Positions 9,170-21,378 of a stretch of DNA of 26,752 nt are shown here, one piece after another (position 1 is the first letter of the stretch; each line of letters begins with the position of its first letter). The DNA lies in assembly GCA_027604505.1 (NCBI GenBank), contig JADIIX010000093.1, forward strand, positions 62,001 to 88,752, given 5' to 3'. The stretch comes from Gonapodya sp. JEL0774. Its lineage: Eukaryota. The position numbers were made by a program, and so were the translations under genes. The notes under the pieces are model-generated. The model ran no database searches. It worked only from the letters and a program-made list of their open reading frames with translations, and was not told where the DNA came from.

Positions 9170-10494
9170 ATGTCCACACCACGTTCACCAACCAGCACCG
9201 GCACCCCTTCTTCTGCACCAAGACCTCCCGCGGGTCCGGCAAAAATCGTTGTTTTCGGTATGCACTATTTTATTGCTGCTTTTAGGATGCCACTGCATCG
9301 GGAGATGTACCGGGAGTGTTGCGTGTTAGTCAGCTGACGAGACAAATATCCTCTCATTCAACTTCGAAGGTTTCGATCTGACCCCACATATCTCTGCTCT
9401 ACCTGCACCGGTTCAGAAAGTACTTGGACTCGTTCTGACTGCTCAGTTCGCGTGGTTCGTGGGTCACGTGTTGACTGGTTAGTATAATAACCGCCAGCTG
9501 TCACAGGAATCTTCGGAGTTCCGTGTTCCGCGGAAATTATGGATGCGCAATTCAACGGAGGTATCTAAAGACGCTGTGCTCTGGGTTCTATGGAACTGGG
9601 AGGACTTCGCAGGCGTGGTCCATGTCATCGCATCTGACACAGGGCTTCTTTTCAAACCGAAATCCTGATGTGTCTTACTTCATTGTCGTATATTGCGATG
9701 ATGTCTCTAAAATTTTTGATCTGGTAACCCCCTTGCTTCTCCAGTTTGGTACAGCGTTTGGTACATTCTTTTGCGAAGCCCCACCTTCTATACACGAGCT
9801 CTCGCCGGCACTATATTGTCGTATGGAATCGTGCTTTACAAGTCATATCACGTGAGTTTATGTGATCGAATATTGTGGTGGAATGTTTCAAGTGACGCAC
9901 ACCTTATGTGGTACACTCGACAATGCACTGTTGTGCGTTTAGACAACGTTTTCGCCTTCCGACCACAACTTCCGGGCCCGCATCTCTCGTGATGAAAACC
10001 TACACTATGTTCTTCTCGCAATCCTGTGGTACCTGTCGAACCCACTCTTTCCGTTGCTCATCCCATTCGCCACCTTCTCTCTGTTCCACGTGCTTACGTA
10101 CACTCGTACGCACATCCTTCCAAACCTTAGTCCATCGTTGTCGGCATCAGTCTCACCGGGTTTGCTGAAGTTCGTGAGAGACTACCAACCGGTTGCAATT
10201 CGGGCCACTGCGAAGTACGAGATCGGCGCGATTACCCCCCTTCTCGTTTTGGGGGTCTTTCTCCGCTCTGTCTCGCTCATTCAGCCCATCATGTTCGTGC
10301 AATTTCTCCGTATGCGCTGGGTCCTCAGTCCGACAGCTAAACAAGCAGTGCGAGAGGTGCGAGCCTTTACAGATTCTGTGGCCGGAGGGTCCCCACTATA
10401 TCAGAAGGCAGTGGCATTAATTGAGCGGTTACTTGAAGGAATAATGCCAGGTGGTGGTTCCGGTGGTGGTGCAGCTGGCGGAAGGTCACAATAG
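9170..10494 (+). CDS. POM33: Transmembrane nucleoporin POM33/TMEM33 family protein; exons 9170-9257, 9370-9477, 9745-9851, 9943-10494
   Basis: The spliced product reads ...TAQFAWFVGHVLT...FYTRALAGTILSYGIVLYKSY...DENLHYVLLAILW...LLIPFATFSLFHVLTYTR...FVQFLRMRW, matching Pom33/TMEM33 motifs. Introns are GT-AG and phase-compatible. Confidence 0.88.
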
Positions 10495-10870
10495 TCGTAG
10501 GTGGGGTAATATGTTGGAAGTGGGAAGCTCGAATTGACTGAGGGTTTGTCCGCTAAATTGACACATCACAATCTGTTGAAGAGAGTTCTACTTCCTTCAA
10601 AGGATGACATATTTGCATTGTGACATCCGGCCTATAAAATGCTTGTGATCATTGCATCCAGGGAACATGTACAACGGCAGGAATTCTAGGAGAAGCAGAA
10701 GCCTGTCACTGGTAACCTATAATCAACTTTGAAATGGATATGCTGTCCCGTTGGCTGGACATGGTCAACGAATCCGCAGTAACTGTGCACAACAGTGACA
10801 CAACTGAAACCGACACCGCTGTGAACGACGCTCCTAGGCTGATCCCTCTTTCACGTCTCCGCATGAAAGC

Positions 10871-13800
10871 ATGGATCCCTTTATTAGTGATATTCCCGAA
10901 ACAGGCGCATCCAGGAACTCCAACCTGGCAGTTGAGAATATGTCAAATGCATCGGTGCCGCAATCAGGCGTCCGATCAGCGTCGGCACTCTTCGCTCTTG
11001 GACAGTATGAAGATGAGGATTCGATTATGGACGACTTTGTTGACGGGAACGAGGAAGCTCAAGATAGGCGAGATAGTTCGGGATTGTCGATTGACGTCTC
11101 TCAAGTCGATTTTGATATCGTCGACTCCGTGGCCCAACGAGATGATGCATCATCTTCGAGTGGACTTCTCTCGCAGCTGTTGATGGCAGGAGGCGGGGAT
11201 GTAATGTCATTCCAACATACAGCTTTCTCGGCTGGAGTTCCTCTAAACACTGGAGAAATGTCGAACAATCCCGGATTCCTCCCGAACAACTCCGAGGGGA
11301 CTCATGCCTTAGTATCTGTGATTAATGGGGCTGATAATTTGGATCCGAGTGTCTCGACGATGCTTGGACTAACACCAACATCGGATCCTCTGAATCTTGG
11401 CGAAATTCCTTCCATCACTGGGGCTACTGCGCACGGAGCGGGATCATCCCAAATCGCAATGCTTCTGGACTCTGCTTCCAGAGCCTCAATATGGTGTGAT
11501 CCTGGTCGTGGTTGTGAATGCCTTGAGATTTTCTTGGTTACTAACAGGCCACTTTCCATTGCAGCACTCTCGCATGGTCTTCAACCAATTTGCTGGCACT
11601 CGCACTCCCTCCCACTTGCACCGTACTGCAATTTGACTGTCTTGGAACTTGTCTCCGCGGACATCCAAAATCTGCAATGTCCAACCAGAAGGGCAGTGAG
11701 AAGCGGAAAGTGGACGACCCGGGGAAGAGTGGATATGTCGCACCAAGTCATGACGAGCACCGTAGTCCTTGCAGAGTTTCTTTGCTGTGAGGCAGTGCCG
11801 TGTCTCATTCCATTCCATTTGTTCAACTTCCTTAACTCTCCAATGCATCACAGTCCCAACACCGCACCTGGTCGTTCGACCAGTCACTCCTTATACTTAA
11901 TACGCCTTGCGCTGGTTTCGTCACCTGGGTTTATTCTCCCCCTGCCTGTGGTGAATAGAGACCCTTCGTTCAGCACGATGGACGTGAAACAGCTCATGTG
12001 GAATGACACAGGGGTGATCCTTGCAGCTTTATGTGCAGATGAAACTCTTAAGTTTTGGTCCCTCGGTGACAGTGTCGACGAACTTGTAGACATTGCGTCT
12101 TGGACTACAAATGAACAGATTGTGTGTGCAGTTTGGTTGCTCTCGAAACGTGAGGTGGGTGACCGTGCGTCATTCGTCACATTTCGTAATTTATTACTGA
12201 TTTTCGTCTATGTTCACTTTCCGACAAGTGGAGAAGCTCCCTGTCTCCCTCGACCCAAACTCGTGCAATTTATCGGGAGTCTTTTTCTGGGCCTCACGCC
12301 GTTTTGCCGACCATCGCTGTTCTTACTTCGACTTACCGTGTTCTCTTCATCGCTTTGACACCTGACGGCCCCATCGAGTCCGCTTCAATTCGTCTACCTA
12401 TTATGGAATCGACAGCATGTCTTCGTGGCGCATTGCGGTTGTCGCCCAGGGATCAAGCAGTGTCCTTAGCAGTCACCGAAACTAATAATGGCGAGCTATG
12501 TATTGGGCTTTGGACCGTGGATGCCGATTTAGAAGTAGGACGTGGGTAGTTTTCGTCCTTGATAACTTGCTCGGGCCTGGCACTTTTTGGTTGAAACGGT
12601 GAAACCGGCTGTCTTTCAAAGACCTCGAGCCTCGACGGTCTTCTCCTATGCTTCCAATGTCTAGCGTCATGTCAGCGGAGGACACACTTTTAGACGTCCT
12701 TTTAACATCACACGATCTACTGATTTACTCTTCCGCGTCATCCTCTACTTCTGGCATGAACGAGTCGTGCATTTTTACTGCCTTTACTCTTGTTGATGAA
12801 CTCGACAATGATCCCAATGAAGGAGAGGAGGTGGGATCGATAGCAGTCGATGGTAATGTCGGTGACAAGCGCTGGTGGCGAACGAGAGTGAGAAGGGAGA
12901 GAGATCTATCCCCTCACACACTACGCTTATCGCGCGACAAGACGTCAGTGGCGTTGGGGTGGTCTCGAGGTGGTTTTGAAGTTATTCATACGTAAGTACT
13001 GGTACGCCGAGCTCTCCCGAGTAAGGAATTCAAGACACGTCATGGTTTCTTCCCCCTTCAAGCGACACATTAACAACGAGAATTTCCATACCAACGGAGG
13101 AGTTGATCGATTCGTCAGATTGGTCTCCGAATGGTTCATTCTTGGTCACGGTTTCGCTTGCGCAGTCTGCTGGTCACATGTTGGATTGTGCGCGGGTCTC
13201 CATTATCTCTGATCCAGAAAACGAACCAACTTCCGAAGCCTCACCAATTATAATGGGACGGCGTCTTGCGTGTTCGCTTTTGAATCATACTGACTTCGAG
13301 GATGTTGTTCTGGAAGTGTCGCGATTCTCATCCATATTGTCAGACACCTATCCCAACTTCGTAGATCAAACTATTGAATCCATTCACTTCAATCTCCGTC
13401 GAGTCTCAGCCGCTTCTCATGATAACGCCAACCCGGTGTCCCTAGCCCGGTATCCCTATTTTGCGGAGCTCCATGGATGGGAGAATTTGTCCCTTGGCCT
13501 TCAGATGGCACTTTACAGGTACAACTGCGTCGTGAATTTGTTGTATCGATATTTATCTTCTCGTCTAGGAGATCTGATGTCTGCCGATTTTGATCCAAGA
13601 TTGTTACCAGAACGGAATCTTCAAAGCAGTATCTCGTTGGTCACTGCAAAGTTGCTGGAGGTGTCACATGCCTTCACCGCGGGTTTTGTTAACAATGTCA
13701 ACGCATTTTTGTTTCTCGGTGGGTATCAATTCACTTGATTCTGAAGGGCTTTTGTTTCGAGAGGTTGACAATTCAATCGTAAAGGTAACTGCATATCACA

Positions 13801-14937
13801 ACAAGACATTCCATTCGCTTGGTCGCCGATGATTGAGATTCGACAAGGTATTACGCCGAAGTCACTACGTCACCTCTGAACCCATCTATTCACGGATTAC
13901 CTGACCCACCCATCACCCAGAATCCCTCCGAGACTTGGCCACCAACACGGTCTGGTTCTGTAATTTCATGCACTTCCTTCATTGGCAAATCTACATGGAT
14001 TCCAACATTCGTTGGATCCCTCATTCTCAAAGTGTTTCATCGAGCTCTTCTACAATTCAAAATACTCGCCACACTACTTTTCTGGGGTCTCCATCCTGGT
14101 CACACCTCATCATTTCACGTCCACTTCGCAGAGCTATCAGAAACAATCTTCTGTCTGTTCTTGCTTTGAAGGCGTATGTGGAGAGAATAGTGGCATTGGG
14201 ACCGACTTCGCCAGATGTGTTTCCTCGTACCAATACGTCATCTATTGCTCCTCAAGTTGCTTCATTACTCGCGAAGCAAACAAATCTCATTGCGGATACA
14301 TTGTTTGTCGCAACTGTCGATAGTCTCGATTTGGACAAGTCATTTGCTGATATTAGCACCGGTAAGTTGTTCACGGAAGGCTTTTTCAAATCTTGTCCGC
14401 TCAATTATCGCTGCCCGTATCACAGTACTCAATTTTATCCCCACCGAGAGTAATAGTAAACTCTGGGATGGCATTTGCACGGCGCATTCACAATATGTGA
14501 AGTTGTTGTTTGATGCACCTTTACAGCTCGATGCAACCGAGACGTTTTTCTTCAGATCCAAATTGATCACACCCGTTTTACAGGAACCTGTTTCTGAATT
14601 TCATTTGGGTTCATGCTCCTTGTCGAGATCAGGTTCCAAAATGACTCCATCGACTCCACTGTCGAAAGTTCTCGTGCAGAACTCGCCGATACGTTTTTCC
14701 GAACAGCCGTTTGCAGGTGTTATTGAAGGACACTATTCCGGCGATTTGGAAGTAGATATAATCACTGGAGCTCCCCTTCGATTTGCTACTAGTGTTCGTG
14801 TTTGTGTTCTTTGCGATGGAAGGACAGCAAACGGCAATCTTTTGGAGATCAACAGAGCACCGGCTAACTCAGTAGTATTCACTGCCTTTCAGCGCGTTTG
14901 CATATGTGGTGGATCATGGAGACTTGTGAACCAGTAG
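10871..14937 (+). CDS. MED16: Mediator of RNA polymerase II transcription subunit 16 (Sin4/MED16), multi-exon
   Basis: WD40-like segments (VKQLMWNDTGVILAALCADETLKFWSL; DWSPNGSFLVTV), a helical middle region, and the typical C-terminal DIITG..VRVCVLCD...RVCICGGSW zinc-binding motif. Exact internal exon boundaries and the start codon are not resolved. Confidence 0.75.
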
Positions 14938-15066
14938 TTGTTCACGGGGTTGCATGTTATATATCCTCATCAATAACAATCAGCGATACAGATGTTACTC
15001 ATCATGATCATCCAATGTACTTCTATTGTACCACAGACGAAGCCAAAAAAGTAATGAGAACGCAAT

Positions 15067-18000
15067 TTAGGTTCTATGGCTGTGATCCGCGTCCAATGGC
15101 GACCCAAACGGCCTGTGCTCATCCCTGTTCCCTCCTTCTTGAAGTCGCTCCTGGTATTCTTCCTCCCTCAATATGACATAATCAGGGGGGTTTATTGCGT
15201 CCCGAAGTGCCATTCCCAAGAGATCCGGCAGTTGCACCGCGATCGGGACGAGGAGGATAAAGAAATAGTATGTGGGGACATTGGCAATGTCACCGGCAGA
15301 CCAACTCTCACTGTACTCCAGCAAAACACTCAAGTAAACACCAATTACAAACATCGCAACTGACAAGATGATCCCCAGAAGGTGAAATATCGTCCAGTGT
15401 CGCGTTACAATTCCAAATTTAATGATCACCGCAATAAACACTGTCGTTGTGTAGAACCAGATCAGATTGTAGAAGCCAATGTCCCGACCGGTTGACGTAA
15501 TCGTACTATCACCAACAGTAGCCCATGTTGCAAGGAAGATCGCTGGATGAGGGATTTCTCGTCAGTATGCTTCCGCTTAACAGACGCCAATCGCTGGATC
15601 TTACCCGCAGAAACCCATAGAGACTCGGCGATAAAAATTAGAAAAGTTTTTAAATCCCAGTAAATATTCCCTTGCACCTCCCGATACGCTTCTGGGTACT
15701 GCTCAATCTTCTCCTCGTCTATGTCTTTCTCGAAAATGGCGAGAATAAGCGGCGGTAACGAAACGTAGACGATATTGTAAGCAAGTAGAAAGAGGTCCTC
15801 ATAAGGTGCCTGTTCATCGATCCAAGCGAAGCTCACCGTCTTCACGAGTATCAACGCGCAATACCGATCTGACAACTCACGAGACCTGTCCACATTGATA
15901 AAAATCCGAAAATCCACAAAAGAGTGATCATCGCCAAGTTTTTATAAAAACTGACAAAAATAATCTTGCACATTCGCATGTAGTCGTAACGCCCATGTAC
16001 AGATATAAGGCGGCGAAGAAACTTGAACTCCAAAAAAGCATAATCGGAAGCGCGGACTGCCTGCGCGCCTTCGCGACCAATAATACCAACACCAATATCT
16101 GCTGCTTGTATCATAGTGACGTCGTTTGCGCCATCTCCAATGGCCAGTGTGACTTTTTTCAAGTGAGCGCGCACAAGTGTCACGACTTGAGCTTTCTGAA
16201 GTGGAGTGACCCTGCAACACACCACCTTCGGAGAACGAAACTACGTTAGACATTTGGTGTACTGAACTGACTTGAAATACACTCACTGAATTACAACGAG
16301 TTGCTAGCTCGAGGAATTGCCTCTGAAGATCCGTGAGCTCCCCAGTAAGGCCGGCATTGTCTCCACTGAACTTGAGGTTCTTCTGAATCCAAGTGGAAAC
16401 CTTAGAAGACGATGATAATTCAACCTGCGAATAAGTAGATCCGATAGAGGCTCTGGAAGGCTGTGGATTGCCAATGTCACCAATGCGATCGTTTGCGCTT
16501 CGCACAGTGGTCTTCTTTCGCCGCGGCTTGGCTCCTGGAGATGCGTCCTTCTTAGACCATGAAGCGAAAAGTATATTCAAAACGTCGCCGGTGACGACAA
16601 GCCCATTCCGTCGCCACTTGTTCTCGAGTTCTGGTGGATCTCCAAATCCACTTCCTTGACTGAAAGGTGGACGTGACTTCCCGAATATTCGTTCATACCC
16701 AGTAGGTGCACTGACTACGTGATCGTTACCCCATTCATCTCGCTCCTTCAATTGCTGTATCGCCAGCTGGATTTGCTTCGTGATATCTGCTTCCGAGCGT
16801 GAGTTCACAATGTAGAGATTCATACTGGGATTCAACAGCTGCGCAGACATTCCAATATTAATCGCCGTCTCTTGCTTATCACCCGTGAGAACCCAGACTC
16901 GAATGTTAGCCTTCATATTCGGTGCACCATGAAGCTCTTATTAGAACTGACACCATAGAGCCCATTGCACATATCGCGAGTCTTACCTTCAGCATATAGT
17001 CGATTGTTTGCGGTACTTGATCTTGCAGACGATCCTCGATCGCCGTGAGTCCCAAAAGTTTGAGCCCGCTCTCAACACCATCGAAAACTGCATTGACCTT
17101 GCGCTCTCGGTCTTGTATTGCGACGGCTGCGGCTTCATGCGCGGCACTCAAGCGCGACCATTCATCCTCTGAAATTAATTTTGAGGCCACAACCAAAGTC
17201 CGTAAGCCTTCAACACTGAAAGCCTCTAAGGCCCTCTCGGCCGATCGCACATATGAGGGGTCATTGACACTAGGATCGGTTGACAGGCGAGGGAGAATGA
17301 TGTTATCCGCTCCTTTGCAGTAAAGAAATATGGGACCTTTCGTCCCCGCCACAGATGATCGGGGTGGGGGATGTCGAACCACGACGCTCATGCGTTTCCG
17401 ATCCGAGTTGAATTCAAGCAACACAAGTAATTCATAATGTTGATCTTCGTTTGGGTCAAAGAAACTGACACTGAGAGAATTCTTGGTTCGACCGACGAGT
17501 TCCACATTATTCGCCTTTAAACCTTCCAGAATTGCAGTCTCGTCGGGGGACTGTGACTCGTACACGAGTTCCCCGGTACTATCATCGACGGACGGAATGA
17601 CTTCGTGAGCTAGAATGAGAGCCCGTACATAAGAGAATAGGTCTTCTCTTGTCTTCGTTGGCTGACCGGGTTCCAGCACCCTCTTCATCAGAGACTGTGG
17701 GGCGAGTAGTTCCTCAATTGTTTCGCCACCAACCCACCACTTTGATATGCGCATCTCGTTCTGAGTCAATGTACCGGTTTTATCCGAGAATACATATTCA
17801 ACGCAGCCCAAATCCTCATTGAGATTGGTGTTGTTAGCCTTCATCGGAACAAGTTCTTCGCTTAATTCTGGACCCAGCTTTCCCTCCCTTAATTTCATGG
17901 TCATTTGGAGCGCACTACGATTTCGCTTGGTTGTTGCTAACACTGATCCAGAGATATTCATGCCCCGCATTGAAGAACTACCGAGTCGCCCTTCGACATC

Positions 18001-20093
18001 AGTGCGATTGGGTTCCAACACTCCGTTTGCATGATCTCCAGTTCTCGGTCGCGACTGCACAACTTGGGATTGATTCGGTACTGGACTCGTGGTATGTGGG
18101 TGTCCCACAGAACCAGGCCTGCCGAGCGAAGCAGCACTCTGCCTCCTCGATCTCAGCGTATCTCCACCCTTAACACCCAGTTGTGTTGATGTTCTTGAGT
18201 GCTCTCCCTTTCGCGTGCCGCGCATCCGGAGATCTGCGGTCATAAACATCCCTTGGAACACCCGGGTAAGCTCTATGCTGACAAACAGCGAGATCGGAAT
18301 GACGTAGGTATAAATCGCAAACCAGGTCAGGATCGAACTCCCTGCAGCGCTCCACCAGTTTGTTTGGGTCAGAAAGTTGTCCGCCTTGGGGTTGGTTGGA
18401 TCCCAAAGATACCAGGGACCAGAAAACGCATCACCTGTGGCTTGATATGGTATAGAGTATGATCGCTGAGTGATAATTTGGGCAGCAACTGAGTATGCGA
18501 GGAGGAACATGTTGTAGATGAAGACCCCGAACACCAGCCAGTTGAGTTTCCCTTGGAGAGTAGAGAATTTCAGACTGGTAGCGCGAAGATTCTGCAAGAA
18601 CAAAACATGGGTGAACACATCGTGGAAATATACATTTCACGTCGGACGCTGGTCGAAATTGGAGGATTTCGTGTCCAGACCTACCCTCATGATCTTCGTG
18701 TCCAAGCCCGCATACACCACTACACCGAAAACATAGTCCGTATTTCTTAATAGGGCACCTCTCGGTAAAAATTGGCTCACAGAAAGCGGATACATTTGCC
18801 GTTGCCTCACGGCACCCGTTTGATGTGTAGGTTTCATCACTTGTGGTGACTGGTCGTCAGTGTCTCTAGTCCCAGCCAGTATCTGCAATCCGACAATGTC
18901 CACACTATCCTCGATCCGGATGGTTCCGTCAAATTCGTTAAGTTTCTCGTTCGGAAGTGGACACCTGATGACACCTTTAAGTTGGACAATTTCCTCGAGG
19001 TCTTGCAGTGGGGCCAGCGGACCAACCGCCATTCGCCGTTTCAGGTTTGTTTCCCTGTTGATGAAGTCGTTTCGACCGTAGATTTGGCAAGAATGTCTAG
19101 AGAGAACTCGATTCCACTCACCCGTCCAAATCTGAGGTCTCGATGAAGCAGGTTCCGTCGTCGATGGAGCTCGATAGGAGCACCAGATCTGATGGGAACT
19201 TTTCCCCTTTGAGTACCATACACTGCAAACCACATCAGGCACGTTGCGAACTCGCAAAGAGAAAAGTTCTGAGACCTACTATGTCCCCAGGTGCGATATT
19301 CCTACTTGCGACTTGTTCGAGCTTATCTCCAACGACCACGGTATATTTGGTAGCATTCGCCTGCGAATCTGCTTGGTATCGTCGCTTATTGAATTGTGAG
19401 AATAAATGAGATGGCCTTCCAACCCGGGATACCGTGGTCTTCAAAGCTTACGTAGTCTTCCAGTCCATCTTTGATCATGGTTATCAAAACCACAACCAGT
19501 AAAGGCATAATTGCCGACGTTTTGGATAATGTAGCGTCACCGCCAAGGGTGGTCAAGGCTCCAACGAGGAAATAGAGATTGTAGATTCGGCGGAACTGTT
19601 GGCACATCGCAAACTCTACGTCGTGAGAAAATTCTGGCAAACAACCAATTCAGCGATGAAGCAGACGAACCTGGCCAATCAAATTGAGGGGGACAAATGT
19701 GAGGAAGGTGTACTTGGTTGTCTTGATATAGTTCTTATCTTTGACTGGTTTCCCTGTGCGGGGGTACCGCACTGAATAGGAAGCTTGCATGTTTTCCAGT
19801 GACGTCGCTGACGCTGGTCGGGAACGGTCAGCAGAGGGCTCTGGGGTGGCTTCAGAACGCGCACGTGGACCCCCGTGGCCGCTTGTCACCGATGCCGGCG
19901 GGTATGCGCCAATACCAGATATGTTTGAGTGGACTTCCGTCGTTGATTCAAGATGGTTGTTCTTGCGAGACAAGGAGGCGGTGGATGGTGGTGCAGGAAG
20001 GGGCTTCTCTCCGCGTTGTTCGTTTAATGCGTCCCAAGGTAGGTCAAAAGCTGGATCTACCTGCCCTCGAGAAGCTCGTCGTTGATTGGACAT
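15067..20093 (-). CDS. P4-type ATPase phospholipid flippase (Drs2/Dnf/ATP8/ATP11-like), multi-exon
   Basis: [19 protein letters not shown] split by an intron; [15 protein letters not shown]; phosphorylation site [79 protein letters not shown]-terminal TM helices ending at stop 15067. The start at MSNQRR (20093) is tentative. Confidence 0.93.
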
Positions 20094-21378
20094 TGAGGAT
20101 CGGACCTGGCGCTGAGAGATGGGATGTGGCAACCCTCGACGACAATAGCTGGAGTGTCCAGGTCCGCGTGGCTTCCGCGAAACGCTCCTACCATAAGCTG
20201 ATATCCGGTGGAGCAACCGTTTCGAGGGTTGCGTTTCGAAGGGGTGCTATCCGTGATACGTCCGCCATTCAGTTTGCAACGACTCGACATTTTCGGGCGG
20301 CAAAGTTCACACAAGAATCGACCTACAGATGTTCCTCAGATGAACACAAACACCCCAATTACTCGCGCCGGCGCCTACGACGAAGGTCCGATGAGATGGG
20401 AGAAGTGAAGGGATCTGATGTGGTCCCACTGCAGTGTCTGTTCGATTGATGGTACAGCGTTCCAGCAATTCTTGGTCACGTCTGGATTGCGGTTTTGAAA
20501 GCTGAGCGATGTCGCGGTCCAATCAGTAATCTGAAAAGTGGTCGCGTTTTGACGTGTTCGAGTGGGGACGACGGCAAGACAAAGGGCAAGAAACCTATGA
20601 GGGTGCAATGGCTGCTCAGCGTGCTCTCAGCCGCATTAGGTGACACCGGCATTCCCCCCTCCTTTCACTTCCACCTCATCACGCAGCAAACAATATTTTT
20701 GGACACCCTTAGAGTCATTATCAGCGACTGGTGGTACACTGGTGGTACTACAACAAGAGAGGTAACTGCTGTCCCGTAGTAATTCGCCGATGTCGTCATC
20801 TTAAACAATTCCTTGTTAAGTATCGTCTCATTGGGTACACATCCATCTAGCGTGCCTACTGTGTTACCAGGAATGATATCCGGTCCAGCTGTAACTCCCT
20901 CGCAATTCCATATTCTCGATGAAATCGGTAAGTTGGTTAGTTTCCAGGGGGAGGATCTGCGTCTTTTCCATTTATGAATAGATAACTAATGGTGTCAATC
21001 GGAGTTCCCTGCGCCACGCTGTCGAGAGTTGTGCTTCTTTTTCCACATGGCAACGGGCGGTTCATCCCGAGATGGCCTCGACGTCGGAGTACAAATCGGC
21101 GTTAGCTCTGCACGATATAAAACCTAGAAATACTCAGTGGTTGTTCTTAAAATCGGCCGTAAATATGTCACGCTCGTGGTTTTTTGGCGCCGGTGGGCAT
21201 TTGTTCTCCACAAGAGGTGTGGCGCCTCTTCATCTCTTCATACTGCTTATACCTTCCATATCGAGAAAGGCCGACTTGTTCGGGACATGAAACGTTTCAC
21301 TTCTCAGGATACTTCACCGGCAGCTTGAGGCGTTCCCTTGTACCGACGTCATTGCTTGACGACTCCCATCGCTCATCG

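Noticed and set aside
9478..9744. Long POM33 intron with TGATG/CTGA words as a possible snoRNA
   Set aside because: The boxes are not in a convincing order or spacing and there is no terminal stem.
10734..11183. 149-aa ORF overlapping the MED16 start in another frame
   Set aside because: It has no recognisable features; it may be a uORF or a chance ORF, and I cannot support it as a gene.
19799..20779. Plus-strand ORFs of 216 aa and 94 aa
   Set aside because: They overlap the flippase 5' end and promoter in antisense and show no domain signal.
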